Shown: in pieces, positions 5,319 to 10,942 of the stretch
How positions within the stretch are numbered: the stretch's first letter is position 1
How the letters are laid out: each line of letters starts with the position of its first letter
Source of the DNA: Candidatus Wukongarchaeum yapensis
Lineage (GTDB): Archaea > Asgardarchaeota > Wukongarchaeia > Wukongarchaeales > Wukongarchaeaceae
Direction: 5' to 3'
Length of the DNA stretch: 10,942 nt
NCBI GenBank assembly: GCA_016840425.1
Contig: JAEOSI010000057.1
Coordinates: 1-10,942 of the forward strand
The notes under the pieces: model-generated
The model's input: the letters and a program-made list of their open reading frames with translations, nothing else
What the model was told of the DNA's origin: nothing
Databases searched by the model: none
Position numbers and translations under genes: made by a program

Positions 5319-6968
5319 TTATTTTCGTTTGTGTGTTTTGAATATGAATCGTGTGCACGTGTTTCTTATGCCTCTTACTGCTCTTATTTGTTCTAATATT
5401 CCGTTTATTTCGTTCATCGTGTTTCCGCTTAGAAGTGCTTCTATGTCGTATTGGCCTGATATTTCGTAAACACGGTATACTTGGGCGATTTTTGAGACAT
5501 TTCTTGCTATCCCTGTCGTGTATACGTTACTTTCACATTGGATGAGCATCAAAGCATTAATAGCGTTATCGTTAAAGCTTTTAAGCTGTCCGTTAATCTG
5601 TTTTAAAACTAAGCGCGTATCTGTGCGCTGAATACCCTTCTCGGCCCTTATCCTGTCAAGGATGGCGTTTAGTTCAGGCATGGAGGATGCTTTACAAAAC
5701 ATTTCGGCATCATACTCACCACTTATCTCATAAGCTGCTTGGATTGGATCTAAATCCGCTATTTTTTTGAGTATTTCCGCTGCTTGAACGCTTGCAAAAC
5801 ACTGCATCCTGACAATTGCCTCTACTTCTGTGGGTATCGTAGCGGTAAAACTCTGCCCCGTTATCCTCTCTGCAAGAATCACTAAATCAGGATCTTTAAG
5901 ATTTCTAAAGGCAGGATTCTCTTTAATCAGTTTTAAGATATCGCCCAACTGTTCCTCCGAAAGGTTTATTCCAGCCTTTTCAAGCTTAGCTTTCACAGCC
6001 TGTCTCCCTGCATATTTATCCACTATTATGTCCCTGTGTCTACCAATTAAGTCAGGGGGAAAAGCTTCATAAGTTCGAGGGTCTACAAGGACTGCTGCTG
6101 TGTGTAATCCTCCTTTATGACTGAACGCATTTTCCCCAATGACAGGTGTTTGAGCCGACAAAAGGATGCCGCTAAGCCTCTCAACGAGGAGGCTAGCCTC
6201 TGGAAGCTTTTCAAGGCTTATTTTTTCATGACCCAAATGAAGTCTAGCAACTACGGCAAAAGTGGAGAGATCGACGATCCCACAACGTTCCCCTAAATTG
6301 TTGCAAGTAACGTGAATACAGGTCGCCCCATTTCTTACGGCTTCTAAAGCATTAGCAACCGCCATACCTAAATCGTTATGAAAATGACCATCTAACTCCG
6401 CCTTAACCTTTTTAGAAAGGGTTTGAAATAAGGGTCCTACTTCGAAAGGCATCATGACACCTGCGGTATCTGGAACACTAATCCTCTCAGCCCCTGCATC
6501 GGCTGCAGCATTAGCAGCTCGTGCTAAGTAATCCACCTCTGTTCTTGAAGCGTCTTCACAAGTAAACCTCACCTTAAGCCCATGTTCTTTTGCATAAGTT
6601 ACTGCCTCTACCGCCATATTTATCACTCGTTCCTCTGTAAACTTCCGCGCCCTCCTATGAATATCACTTGTGGGTAAAAAGATGCCCACCCAGTCAACAT
6701 CACAAGAAAGGGCAAGATCTACGTCACTTTTTCTCGCCATACTGTGCGCAACTATCTCTGCTTCTAATCTTTCATCAGCCACTTTTTTAATGCCCTCTTT
6801 AACGTCGGGAGAAACAGCTGGATGACCCGCCTCAATCATATCTACTCCACATTCATCAAGAAGTCTCGCGATCTCAACCCGTTCATCAGGCGTAAAAGAA
6901 ACACCTGTTGTTTGTTCCCCTTCACGGAGCGTTGTTTCAAGAATCAACAGCTTTTTTTCGTCTTGCAT
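5319..6968 (-). CDS. Homocitrate synthase (DRE-TIM metallolyase, LeuA/HCS family) with two tandem C-terminal RAM (Lrp/AsnC ligand-binding) domains
   Basis: TTLREGEQ (R-E as in Thermus/Sulfolobus/fungal HCS rather than R-D of IPMS), EDASR, PDTAG, HFHND.G, GERCG, HKGGLH. No LeuA regulatory domain; instead two ~75-aa repeats each with YEISG[E/Q]YD. ATG at 6968 (GAGTGG SD) preferred over the GTG at 6980. Confidence 0.87.
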   Translation of the reverse strand: MQDEKKLLILETTLREGEQTTGVSFTPDERVEIARLLDECGVDMIEAGHPAVSPDVKEGIKKVADERLEAEIVAHSMARKSDVDLALSCDVDWVGIFLPTSDIHRRARKFTEERVINMAVEAVTYAKEHGLKVRFTCEDASRTEVDYLARAANAAADAGAERISVPDTAGVMMPFEVGPLFQTLSKKVKAELDGHFHNDLGMAVANALEAVRNGATCIHVTCNNLGERCGIVDLSTFAVVARLHLGHEKISLEKLPEASLLVERLSGILLSAQTPVIGENAFSHKGGLHTAAVLVDPRTYEAFPPDLIGRHRDIIVDKYAGRQAVKAKLEKAGINLSEEQLGDILKLIKENPAFRNLKDPDLVILAERITGQSFTATIPTEVEAIVRMQCFASVQAAEILKKIADLDPIQAAYEISGEYDAEMFCKASSMPELNAILDRIRAEKGIQRTDTRLVLKQINGQLKSFNDNAINALMLIQCESNVYTTGIARNVSKIAQVYRVYEISGQYDIEALLSGNTMNEINGILEQIRAVRGIRNTCTRFIFKTHKRK

Positions 6969-7150
6969 GGAAAAAACCACTCAAACAGCGTGTTTAACGC
7001 CTTTAAGTAGAAAATCCTTATTTTATAGAAAACAAAAAACGAGTTAGCTCCTTCCCATTTAAACTTTTTTTTCCATCTTTTCGTCATATTATTGGAGACC
7101 TCATACATGCCTAATATAATATTTTATTATTATAATACTATTTTTTATTT

Positions 7151-7681
7151 TTAGGGGGTTTTTATGTTTTCTCTGTATATTTCGTAAGCTATTTCGTTGA
7201 AAACGTTTTCCACATTTTTCCCTGTAAGAGAAGAGGTTTCAAAATAATTTTTTACCTTTAATTCTTCCTTTTTTTCTGTTACCATGTTTTCTGTTACTTG
7301 TATTTCATTCTCAAGGTCTGACTTTGTTCCCACTAAAACCACTGGGATATTACCCACATTTTCACTGACCAATTCCTGCCATTCTGAAAGACTTAAAAGC
7401 GTTCGCATACGGGTTAAATCAAAGGCAAGAACCGCTCCTTTAGCCCCTTTTATATAACGGTCAAACACTCCCATTGATTTGAACTGTTCTTGTCCTCCAA
7501 GATCCCAGATCTGTAGAGTAATCTCCTCATCTTCTATTTTTACTTTGTGCACATAAAAGGCTACGCCTAGAGTTATCAAGGTGTCGCCTATAAATTCACC
7601 GGTAAGAAAACGTTGTGTTAGTGTCGTTTTGCCAACACCACCTTCGCCAGCAATTACAACCTTATAGAGATTAAAAGACAA
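7151..7681 (-). CDS. Ras-superfamily small GTPase, Rab-like (Asgard type), 176 aa
   Basis: G1 GEGGVGKTT, G2 T(LG), G3 WDLGGQE, G4 TKSD, G5 ETSSL. TTG start with an AGGAG SD. Confidence 0.92.
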   Translation of the reverse strand: MSFNLYKVVIAGEGGVGKTTLTQRFLTGEFIGDTLITLGVAFYVHKVKIEDEEITLQIWDLGGQEQFKSMGVFDRYIKGAKGAVLAFDLTRMRTLLSLSEWQELVSENVGNIPVVLVGTKSDLENEIQVTENMVTEKKEELKVKNYFETSSLTGKNVENVFNEIAYEIYRENIKTP

Positions 7682-8050
7682 TTTTCTCCTTCCTATGGCG
7701 GTTTTTTCCTGTAAAACCCCTTTTATTACTGAACTAAACGATTCAATTATATATACAATTATTTTTAAGCATATTAAGTGTTTTTATGGAATTAAACAAG
7801 AATTCTATTTATTCTCAACATCGTCTAAGCAAAATTACGATATTTATAAGACTATGAAATTTTGTTCTTTTCTCCTTCCCGAATATCGCAATAAGACAAG
7901 AAAATATATATTTTTTAATCTCTATTTTTATACATAGGTTGAATATAATATAATTAAATTTTATAATAAAAACACTTTCTAAAAAATAAAATTATTTAGA
8001 AATAAATCAGGTATCTATGAGAAAAAGCAAAATAAGGAGGGAGTTAAAAA

Positions 8051-8608
8051 GTGCCTGAAAAAAATACGAAATCAAAACGTAAAAGCCGTAAAACATCTCA
8101 AGATAACTTTTTCACTCCCTGTGAAATTTTTTTTACGAGAAAAAAAAGAGAAAAAGATGTTTTTAGTTATCTTACAGGCGGTATAGATTGTAAGAAAAAA
8201 ATAGAAGGTATATGCCCTCTAAGAAAAAAAGGAAATAATGAACCGCCAAAGCTATCTCTAACCGAAGAATTTGATATCGTCATGCTCATTTCTAAGGACG
8301 GTATTCCCCTCTGGAAAAAAGAGTATAATAGCAACAAAAGGAAGAAAAAAGAGCTTATAGATCCTATCCAATTCACCATTTTTGCAGGAACTTTCTCAGC
8401 GATAAATGCAACCTTTTCTTCAGTAGTTGGAGACTCAATAGGTCTTGTGAAAAGTTCAAAAGGAAAAAGGCATTGGTTGATAAAAGATCTAGCCTCTTCA
8501 AACTGGCTCCTCATTGCTCAAACAAAATCATCAAAACCCACAACGAGCAAATTATTCGAACAAATGTGTAAAACAATCGAAAAATGCATAATTCATTCCA
8601 AAAAATAA
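8051..8608 (+). CDS. Longin/roadblock-like domain protein with a basic, Cys-containing N-terminal extension
   Basis: GTG start with AGGAGG SD. The C-terminal ~115 aa have a beta-beta-alpha-beta-beta-beta-alpha pattern (IVMLISKDGIPLW; FAGTFSAINATFSSVVG; IGLVKS; HWLIKD; WLLIAQT; SKLFEQMCKTIEK). Fold is inferred from the pattern only. Confidence 0.62.
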   Translation: MPEKNTKSKRKSRKTSQDNFFTPCEIFFTRKKREKDVFSYLTGGIDCKKKIEGICPLRKKGNNEPPKLSLTEEFDIVMLISKDGIPLWKKEYNSNKRKKKELIDPIQFTIFAGTFSAINATFSSVVGDSIGLVKSSKGKRHWLIKDLASSNWLLIAQTKSSKPTTSKLFEQMCKTIEKCIIHSKK

Positions 8609-8735
8609 TAAAAAAGCGAAATGTAGCCGATATCTATTAGGAGTACCTAAACATGATTTTTGAACAAACTCGGGTAACTAGGGCAAATTAGATCAGTATC
8701 ATTTGACATGTACAGAAGCTCCTTCCCAAGGTAGT

Positions 8736-9347
8736 TCATTCTTCCTTTTCTTTTTCAATTATTTTTGCTTCTAGTTCCCGGATTTTTTGCCAAAATCCGT
8801 CTATATCTATATCTTTTAACAAGAATAAAGCTTCTAAAATGTCGTCAGAAACTGTATCTTCATCAAAATTTGAAAAGGATGCGTAGTCTTCGATCTGTTT
8901 TTGGAAAATTTCAAATTCTTTTTTTATGCTTCCGATAACCTTATCGTAAGGCGATATTTTTTCTTTAACGATCCTCCTGTTTTTTTCAATTAAATCAATC
9001 AATTTCTCATAATCATGGGAAATTAACAATGCTCCAAGTTTTGCTTCTTCTACGTCTTGAGCTTGTTTCTCTATCCTGTCACAAGTATTCAAAAAATCTG
9101 TAAAAAGGTTAAACATCCTTTTTCTCATGCTAAAAACTTCTATTAAGGTTCTTAAAAGGTTTATGATAAGGGAAGTTGTTTTGTCTAAAGTTTTTTTGTA
9201 GTCATTAAAATCTTCAATTTTTTTACTTGTTGTTATCACGCTTGGAAAAAGATGAATCTCCATATCTAACGTTTTTAGTAGAAGGTAACGTATCATGCGA
9301 AACCCATTTTTTATCTCAAAAGTCTCCTCTTCCACAAGATTATGCAT
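8736..9347 (-). CDS. Hypothetical all-alpha-helical / coiled-coil protein, 203 aa
   Basis: ATG with GGGGGA SD; amphipathic heptad-like helices rich in E/K/L/I; no recognisable motif. Confidence 0.75.
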   Translation of the reverse strand: MHNLVEEETFEIKNGFRMIRYLLLKTLDMEIHLFPSVITTSKKIEDFNDYKKTLDKTTSLIINLLRTLIEVFSMRKRMFNLFTDFLNTCDRIEKQAQDVEEAKLGALLISHDYEKLIDLIEKNRRIVKEKISPYDKVIGSIKKEFEIFQKQIEDYASFSNFDEDTVSDDILEALFLLKDIDIDGFWQKIRELEAKIIEKEKEE

Positions 9348-9508
9348 ACCAATTTCCCCCGAAAAACTATGTTGAACTATTTAAGAAATATACACAATAT
9401 AAACTTATCTTTCATTACAAATTCGAACAAAACAATCTATCTTTTCCTCATGGGATAATTTTAAAGCTGATCAGTCAAGAAAAGATTTAGTTTTGGAGGA
9501 ATAATAAA

Positions 9509-10726
9509 GTGGGTAAAAACCAAGACGAAGAAGAAGGAAATTTGAGCCATAATACAAAAGCGGTGATATCCTTAGATGAGAGGTTTGTTATGCAGACTTA
9601 CAGTCGTTTTCCGGTAGTTCCTGTGAGGGCGAAAGGGGTCAAGGTTTGGGATTGTGATGGAAAGGAGTATATTGATTGTGTTTCAGGGATTGCTGTTTTA
9701 AATGTTGGTCATCGTCATCCGCGTATCCTTAAAGTACTAAAAGAACAGGCAGAGCAACTTATGCATATCTCAAACCATTTCTACATCGAGCAGCAAGCAA
9801 AAGCAAGCGAATACTTGGCAAAAATAGCTCCAAAACCGCTTGAAAAAACGTTTTGGGGAAACAGTGGCACAGAGGCGGTAGAAGCAGCGCTTAAGCTCGC
9901 CATAAAGTACACAGGAAAACACGAGTTTATCGCGGCTCAAGGAAGTTTCCACGGAAGAACTATGGGTGCATTAGCCACAACATGGAACGAACATTACCGG
10001 GCTCCCTACGCTCCTTTCGGAATTAACGCTAAGTTTGTTCCCTTCAACGATTTACAAGCGATAAAAGAAGCAGTCTCAAAGGATACTGCAGGAATAATTC
10101 TTGAACCCGTACAAGGGCAAGGAGGCGTCAATATACCCTCAAATGGTTACCTAGAAGCAGTAAGAGAACTCTGTGATGAGAAAGAAATACTGCTCATTTT
10201 TGATGAAGTGCAGACAGGGTTCGGACGCACAGGCAAACTTTGGGCAGGAGAACACTGGAACGTTGTCCCAGACATAATGCCACTTGCTAAAGCTTTAGGA
10301 GGAGGAATATCTTCTGGAGCCTGCATCGCAAAAGAAGAGATCGCAAAAGCTTTCGATCACGGCGCCCACGGAACAACTTTTGGCGGAAACCCACTGGCTT
10401 GCGCCTTATCCCTTGAAGCCATGAAGATCGTTGTCGAAGAAAACCTATCTGAAAGAGCCGCTGAACTGGGTAAAAAAGCCGTTAAACAACTAAAAGAGCT
10501 TAAGGAAGACTTAGAAATTATAAAAGATGTGCGTGGAATAGGACTACTTATCGGCATAGAAGTTTCTAAAGACGCAAAAAAACTGTGTTTAGAAATGATT
10601 AAGAAAGGCATTTTAATCACATACACAGCAGAAAAAGTCATAAGAGTCATACCTCCCCTCGTAATAAAAGAAGAAGAACTTGAAAAAGCTTTAAACATCA
10701 TAGCGGAAGGTTTTAAGCAACATTAG
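9509..10726 (+). CDS. lysJ: Class-III PLP aminotransferase, [LysW]-aminoadipate semialdehyde / acetylornithine aminotransferase (LysJ/ArgD)
   Basis: NSGTEAVEAALK, SFHGRT, FDEVQTG, AKALGGG (PLP lysine), TTFGGNPLAC. TTWNEHYR resembles the 'TW..KYR' of LysJ rather than ArgD, and HCS is nearby. GTG start with GGAGG SD. The lysJ versus argD call is moderately certain. Confidence 0.85.
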   Translation: MGKNQDEEEGNLSHNTKAVISLDERFVMQTYSRFPVVPVRAKGVKVWDCDGKEYIDCVSGIAVLNVGHRHPRILKVLKEQAEQLMHISNHFYIEQQAKASEYLAKIAPKPLEKTFWGNSGTEAVEAALKLAIKYTGKHEFIAAQGSFHGRTMGALATTWNEHYRAPYAPFGINAKFVPFNDLQAIKEAVSKDTAGIILEPVQGQGGVNIPSNGYLEAVRELCDEKEILLIFDEVQTGFGRTGKLWAGEHWNVVPDIMPLAKALGGGISSGACIAKEEIAKAFDHGAHGTTFGGNPLACALSLEAMKIVVEENLSERAAELGKKAVKQLKELKEDLEIIKDVRGIGLLIGIEVSKDAKKLCLEMIKKGILITYTAEKVIRVIPPLVIKEEELEKALNIIAEGFKQH

Positions 10727-10942
10727 GTGCTTGGAAGAATTATCTCTTCCCCTTCTTTCCCATATATTCTACACTTGTCCAAAAGGTAAAATTTTGCGGT
10801 TAAAGCGGCAAGAACGGCGTCCACTTCATGCTGATTTTTTGGAATATTTTTGAATTTTAAGCTGAATTTTCTCTCACAAGCTTTTACAAAAGCTTCTATA
10901 GGTTTTTTCTCTATTTTTAATGCCTTAGCAGAAGAAGAAGGA
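10723..10942 (-). CDS. 3' end of a DUF429-like (predicted RNase H-fold nuclease) gene; start lies beyond the window
   Basis: Not in the ORF track. Reading from 10941: PSSSAKALKIEKKPIEAFVKACERKFSLKFKNIPKNQHEVDAVLAALTAKFYLLDKCRIYGKEGEEIILPST*. The HEVDAxxAALTA...G.E..IILP pattern is characteristic of DUF429 C-termini. Confidence 0.65.
   Translation of the reverse strand, partial: PSSSAKALKIEKKPIEAFVKACERKFSLKFKNIPKNQHEVDAVLAALTAKFYLLDKCRIYGKEGEEIILPST

Noticed and set aside
7695-7937. 80-aa + strand ORF in the GTPase-longin spacer
   Set aside because: F/Y/I/K-rich translation typical of AT-rich non-coding DNA; it overlaps the GTPase promoter region and has no SD.
7976-8002. Inverted repeat TTTCTAAA-N11-TTTAGAAA upstream of the longin-like gene
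   Set aside because: Almost all A/T in an extremely AT-rich spacer, so likely by chance; not reported as an operator.
1836-10701. Antisense or overlapping ORFs in the track (1836-2033, 2687-2938, 3067-3489, 3323-3505, 4720-4914, 5351-5545, 5830-6072, 6822-7010, 8167-8514, 9227-9490, 9770-9952, 10357-10701)
   Set aside because: They shadow well-supported genes on the opposite strand or frame and have no recognisable motifs.
1-10942. tRNA, rRNA or CRISPR array
   Set aside because: No cloverleaf with T-loop consensus outside coding regions, no long rRNA-like GC-rich block and no regularly spaced repeats seen.

Overview
AT-rich, gene-dense archaeal chromosomal segment. The Asgard-like origin is inferred from a Rab-like small GTPase divergent from a longin/roadblock-like gene, archaeal TATA boxes, and an EndoQ-type nuclease. 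Protein genes, in order: a 5'-possibly-truncated multi-pass membrane protein, a MenA/UbiA prenyltransferase, two small membrane proteins (one with a double zinc ribbon), an EndoQ/PHP-family endonuclease, a homocitrate synthase with two tandem C-terminal RAM (Lrp/AsnC ligand-binding) domains, the small GTPase, the longin/roadblock-like protein, an all-helical orphan, a LysJ/ArgD-type class-III aminotransferase, and the 3' end of a DUF429-like gene. The most unusual feature is a ~392-bp non-coding IS200/IS605-type mini-element (1061-1452). It has IS608-like left and right ends but no TnpA/TnpB ORF. Its interior is a 53%-GC, multi-hairpin sequence with its own TATA box, a possible pseudoknot to the right end and a terminator ~20-27 nt into the flank, which together look like a stand-alone omegaRNA (TnpB guide) cassette. 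All family assignments come from motif recognition by eye; no database searches were run.
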